Positions 12,861 through 25,183 of a stretch of DNA of 64,000 bases are shown here, one piece after another. A model generated the notes under the pieces. That model was not told the origin of the DNA. It searched no databases and worked only from the letters and a program-made list of their open reading frames with translations. The stretch is from Macrostomum lignano. Lineage: Eukaryota. A program made the translations under genes and the position numbers. Each line of letters starts with the position of its first letter. The first letter of the stretch is position 1. Location of the stretch: the NCBI GenBank assembly GCA_002269645.1, contig NIVC01002201.1:140277-204276 (forward strand), in the 5' to 3' direction.

Positions 12861-14381
12861 CTACTTACCAGAGCCGACACTGAGCACTGTGCCTCCTGCT
12901 GTAGCAGTATTGCTGAGATGATGCATAGGTAATGGTTTTCTTGGTAGATTGCTCTGCATTTCTTGTTGCTGAAGTTTCTGCTGCTGCTGTTGTTGTTGCT
13001 GTTGCTGCTGCTGCTGCTGCTGCTGGATATGATGATGCTGACTATGATTCTGCGGCGGTGGAGGCAGTGGCGGCGTGGCAAATCCAGCGTCCAACAGTTG
13101 CTCACTGCTGAAACTTCTTGGAGCCGATGACGACTGCTGAAGAGGTGGCAGTTTCACCGTCATTGGTGGCGCTATCTTTTTCGGATCCTCCAGCTGGTGA
13201 ACAGAAAGTTGCTGCTTTTGGTTCTGTTGATTCTGCCCTTGCTGAGTTGCTTTTGGCGGAGGCTGTGGCAACTCGCCAGCAAAGATGTAGTAGCACTGCT
13301 CCGAGAACGAGGCCTTGTTGACCGTGTGGCGGATGAGTCCCGACCGCAGCAGCTGGCAGGCGAGCTTCTTTGCCTGTCGTCGATCGCGAAATCCGTCAAC
13401 GTGTAGCAGCAACCAGTCGACCAGTTCGCCGCCGATAAAGGCAGAGGGAATGCGGATCTTCAACCAGACTCGATCGCGCACCTCCAGCCCGCTGTCTGGC
13501 TGTCGAAGTGCGCGCACAATTTCACCGCAGTCGGATTGCACACTTAGAGCAGGAATTCTAGCCGAATGATGCAACGCCGCTTGCTGTTGAAGAGACAAAT
13601 TTTTTGGCCGTTCAACTTGCCCACTGCCGGCGGTACGGGCGGCGGCAGCTGCAGCAGCGGCGGCAGATGCCGCATTGGCAGCAGCCGCAGCAGCTGAAGC
13701 GGCGGCCGCAAGTCTCGCGCTGGAGGAGCTGGACGAGCTCGACAAGGATCGACTCCTCGCTGCGACAGCAGGTCCGCCCGGTGGAAGAGCAAACGGAAGC
13801 GACTGCTGCAGTGGGTCGCCAATCAGCGATCGAACGTCATCGTCAGCTTCGTGACGAAGGTGGCTGACATCGGTCCCATCGACGTTGGCTGCAGTAGCCA
13901 TGGACTGTGGCGGGGTTGCTGTAGCTCCTGGCATCAGGATCACATCTGGGTCGACTAGGGCTTCAGCTTCACGGACAGCATTGGTGTGCAGGATCCAAGC
14001 ACGCGGATCTATTGGTCGGACTGGTTCCTCCTGTGAGACGCGCAGGTACTGGCGACAGTTCCAGGACTTGGCTACGGTAAGGCTAATTGGCCCCGCTCGT
14101 TGTACCTGTTCTCGTAGCACACGAACAGCGTCGTCGTTCTCCATTCGATCGAACGGTATGCCGTTGACTTCAAGGATCAGGTCGCCGGGTTGAATTCGAC
14201 CGTCCTGGTGAACCGCGCCGCCTTTCATGATGCTGCCAACGTAGATGCCACCGTCGGCGCCTCGGCGGCTAGCCTGACCTACTATGCTGATGCCGAGGAA
14301 TTGCATTGACTCCATGTCCAGGGTTACGGTGATCACGTTCAGCGATAGTGAGGACTCTGTGATGCTGCTGAATGAGGATGC
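12861..14381 (-). CDS. dvl: Dishevelled, large exon encoding PDZ and DEP domains plus a polyQ/Pro tail
   Basis: SSFSSITESSLSLNVITVTL..FLGISIVGQ..DGGIYVGSIMKGGAV..DGRIQPGD (PDZ). EPVRPIDPRAWILHT. LEVRDRVWLKIRIPSAFIGGELVDWL..IRHTVNKASFSEQCYYIF (DEP). Acceptor tgcag at 14382-14386. A GTAAGT donor at 12868 overlaps the in-frame stop. Confidence 0.96.
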   Translation of the reverse strand, partial: ASSFSSITESSLSLNVITVTLDMESMQFLGISIVGQASRRGADGGIYVGSIMKGGAVHQDGRIQPGDLILEVNGIPFDRMENDDAVRVLREQVQRAGPISLTVAKSWNCRQYLRVSQEEPVRPIDPRAWILHTNAVREAEALVDPDVILMPGATATPPQSMATAANVDGTDVSHLRHEADDDVRSLIGDPLQQSLPFALPPGGPAVAARSRSLSSSSSSSSARLAAAASAAAAAANAASAAAAAAAAARTAGSGQVERPKNLSLQQQAALHHSARIPALSVQSDCGEIVRALRQPDSGLEVRDRVWLKIRIPSAFIGGELVDWLLLHVDGFRDRRQAKKLACQLLRSGLIRHTVNKASFSEQCYYIFAGELPQPPPKATQQGQNQQNQKQQLSVHQLEDPKKIAPPMTVKLPPLQQSSSAPRSFSSEQLLDAGFATPPLPPPPQNHSQHHHIQQQQQQQQQQQQQQQQKLQQQEMQSNLPRKPLPMHHLSNTATAGGTVLSVGSGK

Positions 14382-14764
14382 CTGCAATTACAATTCAGAG
14401 CGTTGGAGAAAATTTTCGCCGGAAATTTTTGCCGTCGAAGAAATCAATTACTTGTACTTTTGTTTTGGAATCTGTGTAGACTAGAGCTAGCATCGAAATA
14501 TACGGTCAGTCTGTTACCTAGTCTAGTTGATTACCTATGTACCTAGTCTTTTTACTAATCAGTCACCCGTACGGCTCGTATTCATTCGAGAGATTGTCCC
14601 TTTGTGGAGAAATTTTAAAATGATTGCATTTTAAATGTCACTTTGTGGGGCCTGAATGAATCTCGTTGGGCAGTTGATCCACGATATTTGCATGAGTGAA
14701 AAGCACTGTATAGCAATAAAACTTCTACTACATGTAATACTCTACTACATGTTAACACTCAATG

Positions 14765-15919
14765 CAGGGGCGTCGCCACCGGGGACAGGGGGGACATGTC
14801 CCCCAGTAAAAGCAACCCCACCTTGTGACCCGATGTGGAAATCAATAATTTTGTTTCAGGGCAACAAACTGAGTGTCCGTGGCGCCAAAATGAGTGCCTG
14901 TCTGTGGCTTCAAAATGAATGCCTGTCTGTGGCGCCAAAATGAGTGCCTGTCTGTGGCGCCAAAATGAGTGCCTGTCTGTGGCGCCAAAATGAGTGCCTG
15001 TCTGTGGCGCCAAAATGAGTGCCTGTCTGTGGCGCCAAAATGAGAGGCGCCAAAATGAATGCCTGTCTGTGGCGCCAAAATGAATGCCTGTCTGTGGCGC
15101 CAAAATGAGTGCCTGTCTGTGGCGCCAAAATGAGTGCCTGTCTGTGGCGCCAAAATGAGAGGCGCCAAAATGAGTGCCTGTCTGTGGCGCCAAAATGAGT
15201 GCCTGTCTGTGGCGCCAAAATGAGAGGCGCCAAAATGAGTGCCTGTCTGTGGCGCCAAAATGAGTGCCTGTCTGTGGCGCCAAAATGAGTGCCTGTCTGT
15301 GGCGCCAAAATGAGTGCCTGTCTGTGGCGCCAAAATGAGCGGCGCCAAAATGAGTGCCTGTCTGTGGCGCCAAAATAAGTGCCTGTCTGTGGCGCCAAAA
15401 TGAATGCCTGTCTGTGGCGCCAAAATGAGTGCCTGTCTGTGGCGCCAAAATGAGCGGCGCCAAAATGAGTGCCTGTCTGTGGCGCCAAAATGAGTGCCTG
15501 TCTGTGGCGCCAAAATGAATGCCTGTCTGTGGCGCCAAAATGAGTGCCTGTCTGTGGCGCCAAAATGAATGCCTGTCTGTGGCGCCAAAATGAGTGCCTG
15601 TCTGTGGCGCCAAAATGAGCGGCGCCAAAATGAGTGCCTGTCTGTAGCGCCAAAATGAGTGCCTGTCTGTGGCGCCAAAATGAATGCCTGTCTGTGGCGC
15701 CAAAATGAGTGCCTGTCTGTGGCGCCAAAATGAGCGGCGCCAAAATGAGTGCCTGTCTGTGGCGCCAAAATGAGTGCCTGTCTGTGGCGCCAAAATGAGC
15801 GCTGAAAACACCGATTCGCAAAAAAATGAACTTGTAGGAGTCTAGTCATGTACAGTGTACATGTGAATTTCTTGGCTTTGTCGTTCCCCCACCACCATAA
15901 AATCCTTGGCGACGCATAG
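14765..15919. mobile_element. MITE-like element with CAGGGGCGTCGCCA left end enclosing a satellite array
   Basis: Left end caggggcgtcgcca (14765-14778). Partial inverted copy tggcgacgc at 15907-15915. The end motif closely resembles the intact hAT MITE at 53644-54000. No TSD detected. Confidence 0.55.
14881..15800. repeat. Tandem minisatellite, 25-bp unit GGCGCCAAAATGAGTGCCTGTCTGT with interspersed 15-bp truncated units
   Basis: Directly visible head-to-tail repeats (roughly 35-40 units), nearly identical and without unique spacers. Confidence 0.97.
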
Positions 15920-15949
15920 AGGTCTGCAAACTTTTTACTCTTCAAGGGC

Positions 15950-16225
15950 TAGATAAAGAATCCAACTCATGGCTGACGGTCAGATGAGAGAGGAAAGTAG
16001 AAGAGAGACGAGAGAGGGGATTAGAGAGAAGATAAGAGGCAAGGCGAGAAAAGATGAAAGGTGAGGAAAAAGGATAGAGAAGAGAGGAGATAGAAGAAAG
16101 AGGAGAGAGTAAAGAGCTAAAAAGAGACAGGCCAAATTGCTATTGTGAAGTTTCAAAGGACCTGCTGGCTGGATAGAGAGGCTTCACAGGCCGCATGTGC
16201 TTTGCGTGTTGGAGTTTGCCGACAA
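15950..16225. mobile_element. Second copy of the GA-rich hAT-like MITE relic
   Basis: ttgctattgtgaagtttcaaaggacctgctggctggatagagaggcttcacaggccgcatgtg matches 10190-10255, same orientation. Confidence 0.5.
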
Positions 16226-16715
16226 ATGGTCTCTAGCCTAAAAAACTAGTCTTGTTTCTTTTTATTATTTTTCATTTGCTTCAAAAGGTGCATTGATTTT
16301 AAGTGCTGCAGGCCTCCCTCGTAAATGCAATCTCGATGTCCGAGGGGGGCCGTTCTGTTTCGGGCATAACAATTCCAATAGGAGAGGCAGGCCAAGGGTT
16401 GCAGACAGAGTGGACAACCGGCTGCAGCGTATGAAGGCGGGGGATGGCAAAGCGCATTTGGAAATTGCAGACGCCAAAAATGCCAGTCTGTCTGCTTCTG
16501 CGTTTGTGTATTGCTCGATCTAGCATTGGAACGTTGGGTCAGTTGGCCTATCTTCCTACGAGAAAAATATTAATAGATAGAGGGATGTATACATGTACCT
16601 AGATACACAGTACTCTGCTACAATCTAATACAACAGGTTGTCTTTTTTCTATAGTAGATATGTAGGTTTTCACTTTAATGTTGCTTTTGCATGCTGATTT
16701 TTTGTGGGTTACGCC

Positions 16716-18030
<1,315 letters not shown>

Positions 18031-18057
18031 AGTAGAGTAGCAGCAGAGTAGACTCAC

Positions 18058-18145
18058 CCTACTAATCCTGGGGGCCCGTCGCTGCCGCTGTCGAAACTTG
18101 TGAAAATAATTCGACGACATTGTCGTTGCTGTTGTTGTGCTAAAC
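18058..18145 (-). CDS. dvl: Dishevelled basic-region exon (88 nt)
   Basis: cgcag|G TTT AGC...AGT AGG|gtgagt encodes (R)FSTTTATTMSSNYFHKFRQRQRRAPRISR. Phases match both neighbouring exons (phase 2 in, phase 0 out), and it fills the conserved SR-FSS..RRR..-SSFSSIT interval of Dvl proteins. Confidence 0.9.
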
Positions 18146-19292
18146 CTGCGTTAAGAGATTTGGTTTTTTGAGTTTATAGTCCAGGTGTTTCGCAGGTTTT
18201 GAGCATTTTATAGTACTTGTAAGGACCGCTTGAAGTTAGGATTGTCTCAGGACCGAACACTTACTTCAAGGTCAAAGTTAGGTTAAAAATTCACTATATT
18301 TTTAACACTAGATAACATTGTCAACATATTTGCTTCAAAGTTTCGAATATGCGTGTTTACCCAGCATGTCTGATCGATTCGTGGTTGATTTACAACTTAA
18401 AACCTACATGTAATTCAAACATGTCGGAAGTGGGAAAAGCAAAGATGCAGTGTCTTCTAATTGAAGAATGACCTACCACAAGCTTGGGACGAGAAAGCTT
18501 TGACGTTAACAATACGGAAAAAGGAGATCGCTGAAAGAATCAAGAATGAAGATCATTTTGCTTCAGTTCTGTGCGTTCGACCGTCTCCAGTAAGCGTTTG
18601 TCCTAAATTTAACCTTCATGTGATCATCGTAATCGCAGAACTTAAGAGATGAATCGTACATACATGAAGTGCTTAAAATGTAGAGTGCTACGTTCTGATA
18701 CAGCCGTACTCATAACTTTTTGATCCATGAGTACGGGTTACTACTCCTAGGAAGAAAAATAGCATTTTGGCGCGAGTTGACTAGAAACTTAAAGCCGTTT
18801 CATACCACAAGCGTAAAATTTCGAAAAAAGGTTTTTCTCTATTTATTCCTATCCCAGAGAAAACGGCCATGCATCATTCGAGCCATAAATTTCCAGGCCA
18901 CAGCCCAAAAATTTTGTTTTGCCCAACGCAAACCGGCCTACTTGCTGTGCCTGCTAAAAGCGAAATTGCCCACTCCTCTCTATGTTTATATACTGCACTG
19001 ACGGCCTCCTCTCCACTGCTGCTGTAAATTTAACTTTCTCCCCAATTCATTTCTTAACTGAAAAAGCAACACCCCATCTAACTATCTCGTAGCTGCCTTG
19101 AAAAGCTGTAGCAAAAGGTACTGTACTGATATCTTTAAAACGGTTACTTTTCCTGGTTTATGAAGGCTAGAAGTTTATACCCATATTGTTATAGTATAAA
19201 CTGTTAGTAGCCACATGCAGACGGATGATATAATCTTATACTTTCTAAGATTTACATTAAAATTTTCTAATTGAGATAAAAAATATGCGCAC

Positions 19293-19894
19293 CTGGATGA
19301 TTCAGCTTCATCTTCCGAATCAAAGAAGCTGGTGGTGTCAAGATCGCTGCTTAGTATTGATCCGGCTGTTTCGTACAGCTGCTGCTGTTGCTGGCGCCCG
19401 CCTTGCAGCTGCAGGCCGCCAACCCGAGGTCTGTGATTGGGCACGAATGCGTGGTACAGGTGCGCTAGACGATCTGGTCGAATAAACTGCGGCTTTCTAT
19501 GCTGACCCATCAACAGTCTGCGATTGCTTGATGAAGCTTGCTGCTGCTGCTGCTGCTGCTGCTTTTGCTGTTGCTGCTTTTGCTGCAGAAGCAGTCGCGA
19601 CTGAGACTTTTGTGGCTGCTGCTGCTGTTGCTGCTGCTGCTGTCTCTGTTGCGTCCATGTAACGAGCGGCTGCCTAGCATTCGACTTTTGAAAACTGGAA
19701 AACGGTTCGCTAGACTGTCTACTGTGCTCAGCGCCCGAGCTGGTCGCAGCCACCGATGCGCCAACTAAATTGCGATCTCCGTTGCTTCCGGTAGCTCCCG
19801 GTCTGATTGAGGCGCCATTGCTTGCGCCTCCTCCGCTGGCCACTTGTTGCTGTGAGACACTGTGAGACAGAGGCAGCCCGGTCTGATGATTCAT
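19293..19894 (-). CDS. dvl: Dishevelled 5'-most visible coding exon (polyQ plus Dvl-specific YET..SSDLDTTSFFDSEDE motif); true start uncertain
   Basis: LYETAGSILSSDLDTTSFFDSEDEAESS(R) followed by donor AG|gtgcgc at 19292. The three exons total 2211 nt, in frame (736 aa) from the ATG at 19894. Confidence 0.8.
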
Positions 19895-22710
19895 CTATTG
19901 ACGCGCTTAATGACTCGGTTCCAATCAAGCTTCGATTTCAGTCGCTAATATTTGTCCTTAGCTCGAGATAGATTCAGCAAAAAACTGCATTCTGCTTCAT
20001 AATATCTTTTGGCCTGAGAGGGGAAGTGGAGAAAGCAGGGAGACGGCTGGCTGGACTGATTTTGTTTGGTCTATTCGACCTGACTGGCTAGGGATATCAT
20101 TGCTTCCCTCTCATTCATCCCCAGTTACAGACCTTGGTCCTATCGCAGCCAGTCAGCCAGTAGCTCAATGCCGCATCCCATGCAGCTTCATAACCCTTCC
20201 CCGCCGGCCCAACGGTGCCTCATCAAGAGAGGATACCCCAAGAGTAATTAACAGCCGGTAGGGTGCCCTGTCTGTGCACGCGCAGACGGATTTCAGACCC
20301 CTTGCCCAGCCTTCTTTCGCAGTAGTCATATACAGTGCCATTTCCTGCGCTGGAATCGGTTAGAGGCCGCGGAGATGGAGCCAGCTGCAACCTGTTATCC
20401 AACGACAGGCTGAAATAAGCGAAGGATGCAGTAGACAGAAAAACAGTGGAAGAGGTATGAGTGGGGGAGTAAAAGAAATAATGAGAGGAACTAAGCAAGA
20501 ATCTACCTCTTCCTGGTCATAAAACACTGCACGAAAAACACCTGTTTGTGGCTCCTTAGTGTTGGCTCAGGCCTTTGACTTGACCGATACTAAAAAAGCT
20601 TCTCCTCAACCTCTATTGTTATCAATTGTAAACATATTTATGTTACAAAATGCCTAGACTTCGTATTCCTAAGGCAACGATAGTACTGCATACATGAAGT
20701 AAAATAATCTAGAGATTAGCCGAGAGAGCTTATTCTTTCCCAGTTTAGCCTGAGCAACGGCAATTTTTCTACTATCGTACTCACCAATCTAATGAAATAG
20801 AAAATATTGGATAGTTATTACACTTTGTCGCAAAGCTATACAGGGGCCCTTGCCATCTGCCTCAAATCAAAGGTGACAGTCGACCCTCAGTCAGCGAGGA
20901 GGCAAGCGGTTTGGCACATTTCACTGAATCAGTGGCTTAACCAGTGCCCTCGCAGAACAAAAAAGTCGTTTGACGAGAAAGCATGAAGACTTTGCTTTTA
21001 TTCGATTCTAACAGCTTCTTTAACAACTTTAACCGATATTTACCATACGCGGGAAACTTTAATACTTCTGTGCGACTCGAGGAACAGGAGAGGCCAGTCT
21101 GTTTTTTTTGTGCTGCTTTGCTCCTAGTTTTCCACAACCTTTTAATTGACCTGGTCAAGTCTTTTAGAATTGGTAATTTCTTGAACCAGCTAGTTGTTAA
21201 GAGCCATTCGGTTTCCTTCCGGGATTTATTTTAATGCGTTTTAAAACAAACCGGAAGCAGTTACTTATGTTAGAACGGAAAAAATATTCCAGTAAAATTA
21301 GGTACTGTAAAACATCGATACTAGCAAGTTTTCTTCACCTTTCAGTCTTCAAGTAGTTGTTCAAAACTTTTCCAATGAAAACTGCATTCTGAGTATAACA
21401 AAAACTTGGAAAAGCCTAGGCCTGGTGCGAGCGTAAATTGCTGAACAATTTTGCACCTGATGCGCTTCGCCGGCTGGGGCTAAGGAGGTGTTGCCAGCTA
21501 ATTTTCACCGTTCCTTTTTCTTCCCAATAGCGCTTAGTTTTCAACGCTAACAGGCTGCGGAAATTCCTTTGTAACCTGGAGCTTGAAGCAGAGAGAGAGA
21601 AAGGCAGATAGACTACGCATCCATCCCTGTATCCCTACCTATCTGCCAATTATCTCCTCTGCTTTTGCGTGCAGTGCACACAGCGGGAAGTCCCAATGTA
21701 ACCGAGTTGAAAGCGCAGCTTTGTGGAAATTTGCGAAACAGGAAACGAGCAAGAAATCGTGAAACAGTGTTGCTAAGATAGAAGAGTGGTCAAAGTGCAG
21801 TGATTTTTTTAAATGAAATAAAGTGTAAACTGTTACAGGGTGATGACAAAATGCTTGAGAGACCAGCTGAGGATGTCCAGCAGTTGAGGTTCATGCCCAC
21901 TGGCTTAATCAACGAAACTGAAGGAATTCGCAACAGGGTTACGACAGTCACCTGGTGCCACCTGTTGAAGGTCCACAAGCTTCGCCTGGGTGAAGACCAG
22001 TGACCAACGAAGTCAGAGCTGATTCATACACATGTGGTCGACGTGCTGATGAAATTTGGAGTCTTGGCAAGGCTGCACTGAGGCGCAGTGCTGATTGGCA
22101 CACAGAGGTTTATTGAATTCACTGACGCTTTCGGGAAAAATCCGACCTTCTGGCACAATCGTCGAATACCTCGACGGTCCAGAGGGCTGGCGACTTGATT
22201 CTTGTTTGAGAAGGTGCGCAAAAAATCTGTTCGTGCTCTTTTTAAATTTCGTGTGCCTGCGTTGCTGTTTATTCGACAATCGTCAGGGTGGGCAATCCCC
22301 CCCTCCCTGACGATAATCTCCAGCGATTATAAAGCATTGTGAGTCTTCAATCTCTTATTCAAAAAAGGTGTTACCACAGAATTGAACGCCTGGAAACTTT
22401 GATGCGGACTTGTTGCAGGGCTGGGCCACCCTCACCCTGCAGTCTGTTGATACAAATTTGAACAAAAAAGTTTTTTACTGTAATGTACGGTTGATGAACA
22501 GTACGAGCAATTTCCTTTTGCAAAGAGTTCAAACAAAATGCAAACAAAAGTGCAAGAGCAAGCACATCCGGCAGATTGCTGCCTTCCTGGTTACAGATTG
22601 ATTGACAAACTGAATGCTTTCTCTTGGCTACATGCATATATTGCTTGGATTTCAACAGCAGCAACAGCAACAGATTTATTTTGATCTTCATCGCTCGAAA
22701 CTAAAGGAGA

Positions 22711-25183
22711 ATGAGTACTATTGAAAAAAATTTATTTCTAATTTTCTCTGTTGCACTCACAGAAGCAGCCGCATACCTCACAGCCACAGTCGTGAACCCG
22801 CACACAGTTCTGCCATCTGACTGTCCCAGCTTGAAGTACATCCCATCCAAGCAATCTCTGCTGATTGACTCGTCCGTCAGCAGTGAAGTCGTCAATGTTA
22901 TAAATCTAGCGTCGAAGGCAGAATGCTTGATGGCCTGTCGAATTCGAGCATGCTCTGCTGTCGTTGTCTTTGAGACCAGCAGCTTTTGCCAACTCTTGAT
23001 TGTCAACGATGCGTCGAAAAACGCTGGCCCAGCCGAGAGTCACAAGCAACGTCGGTTAGGCTTCGAAATTGGAGCCAAAATATGGAAGGTTGGAAATTTT
23101 GACGCCATCATTCGAGACAGACAGTTTAATATTTCGAAAGTTGTCAACAGTACGGTCACTTTTAGCAGTAAGTGGAGTCTTAAAATATTATTTGATTTTT
23201 CTACATTTATTTTCTAATCTATAATTATAAGTAAATTGCAAGCAAAATCCATACAGGACTAGAGTAGTGCTATTATATATTCATGTTCTACCGGTAAACA
23301 ACATTAGTTCCAAGCGTTGCTGAAAATTGTAACGCTAAGTGGATTTTGTTCGAAATATTTTTTTACGTTTGAGTATTGAAATTTCAGAGTGACGCCAAGG
23401 GGACATTCAAAATTATAATTCAATTAAAATTCATTTTCAAGCCTACGTCCCTGAGTTCTACGCACTGAGCATGTTGACAGAGAAGATTTTACTCGATTAA
23501 TTACTCTCGAATAATGCAAGCATCAAATTCAGTGCCGGAATGACTACGCCGGAGTAAGGCTACCGACAAAACCGACTGAAATCAAAAACTTTTTGAACTA
23601 GAAGCCCCAAGACATCTATTGCAGTTTGATGATCCAGAGCTTTACTGAGTGTTGAATTTCGTTGATTAAGCTAACAGTTTTTTTAGAAATTAAATATTCT
23701 TATTTTTTATTTAGATTCCAGCGTTGGCCGCCGAGGCTTTGTGCAGCGCGTCCAATTTGAACTGGCCGGTTGCTATCGAATTGAAATTTCTGGCGCCAGA
23801 GGCGGAGGGTCAGATTGTTGCGGCAAGATCGGGGGTAACGGTTCCGCCATCGCTGGAAGCTTCGTTATTGGTGCTGGCACAGCTTTGAGTGTCGTTGTTG
23901 GACAGGCGGGCACCACCGCGACAAGCGACTCTGCTAGCGGCGGAGGCGGCGGCGGCAGCTTTGTGTACCGAGCAAACGACAGCGGATTGCTGATGGCGGC
24001 CGGCGGTGGCGGCGGTGCCTCGTCTATGTTTGATGGAAAGTTTCTTTGGGTCTTTACTTTACTGGGGTCTTCGCTTTTTTCCATACTGTTTAGCTACGGA
24101 GATTGAATGAGAGCTGAGAAATCCTGCTTTAAATTAAAACAGTGTTTTAAAAAAGCTCGAGGTTTTTCACTTGAAAAAAATGTGACGAGCTTGGTGTAGC
24201 TTTTATGATTCTGCCTCTACAGACAGCCATCAGATACTACGAGCTAGATGCTAGATCGTCGTTAGTTTTAGCAACCAGTGATGAAATAATAGCAAAATCG
24301 ACTGTAGCACACATTGCTGACAGCATATTTTATCGTCACTTAAGTGTTACAATAAAAGCCTAGTGCAAGCATAAACCATCTTTGAATACAGACCGCCTGT
24401 GAACTCTAAAAAGACGCTACGGCACTCTGTAATGAACTATAGGTCTTTACAGCTTGCAACAATGTTGTGCGTAAGATCAAGTGAAGCCACAGAAAACGTC
24501 ACAAAAACGTTTTCTCAATTTTATGTCATTCTTTTTCACTGATTTTGACGGTCAAAAAACGTCGAAACTTCAAGAGGACTATAAACAGTATTTGAAATTT
24601 TGCTAGTAAAAATATTGCAAAAGGTGCTAAAATCACTCGTCTCAAATAAAAAAATTTGTCATCTCAAAACTCTAGGCTTGAACGCTCTACACAAAGTCTA
24701 CGGCAGCAACTCGTACGGTGGCATCAGCAACTCTTCGACTATACTAACCACGGGATTCGGTGGCAACCTTGGGAGTCCCGGATACAACAATCCAAGCGCT
24801 ACACCAAACGACCAGTTCCATGGCGGCTGTGGCGCCGGCTGGCTTGGTACGGCACAAATCCAAGGAGAAGCTCCAGCGACGGTGATAGTGGCGGCAGTCT
24901 GGCCAAAGGCTGGACTGGTGGTGTCTCTGGAGACGGCAACATCGGTGACGGCGGCTTCGGCGGCGGCGGCGGTAGCGGTGGCTTCGACAAGCCTAGCAAG
25001 TACGGAGCAGCCGGCGGCGGTGGTGGTTTCAGCGGAGGCGGGGCCGGGGTGAACAATATCGAGGCCGGAGGCGGCGGCGGCTCCTACTGCGGTGGTAGCC
25101 GCTGCGAGTTCGCTGAGGCTTCGCCCACAGAACATGGTCAAGTTGTGCTACAGCTTCTGACTCCGTTTGTGGATACTTGCTAG
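22711..25183 (+). CDS. Secreted PAN/Apple-like + ALK/LTK-type glycine-rich (TG) domain protein; exons 22711-23167, 23715-24035/24039, 24676-25183
   Basis: Hydrophobic N-terminus and a CLMACRIRAC..FCQL Apple-like Cys pattern. YRIEISGARGG, VVVGQAG, GGGGGGSFVY, LLMAAGGGGGA, GGFGGGGG, GGGGGFSGG and HGQVVLQ are colinear with the ALK/LTK glycine-rich ectodomain. No TM helix or kinase follows. The second donor is non-canonical and there is a 1-nt frameshift near 24865. Confidence 0.72.

Noticed and set aside
14759-15945. Three long minus-strand ORFs of HFGATDRHSFWRHRQALILAPQTGT repeats; superficially CRISPR-like array
   Set aside because: They are translations of a stop-free 25-bp satellite inside a dvl intron. 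The units are contiguous with no unique spacers, there are no cas genes, and the context is eukaryotic.
20223-22300. Short ORFs examined as candidate DIX exons or as the missing N-terminus of the cGLR pseudogene
   Set aside because: None shows DIX or GS..DxD motifs.
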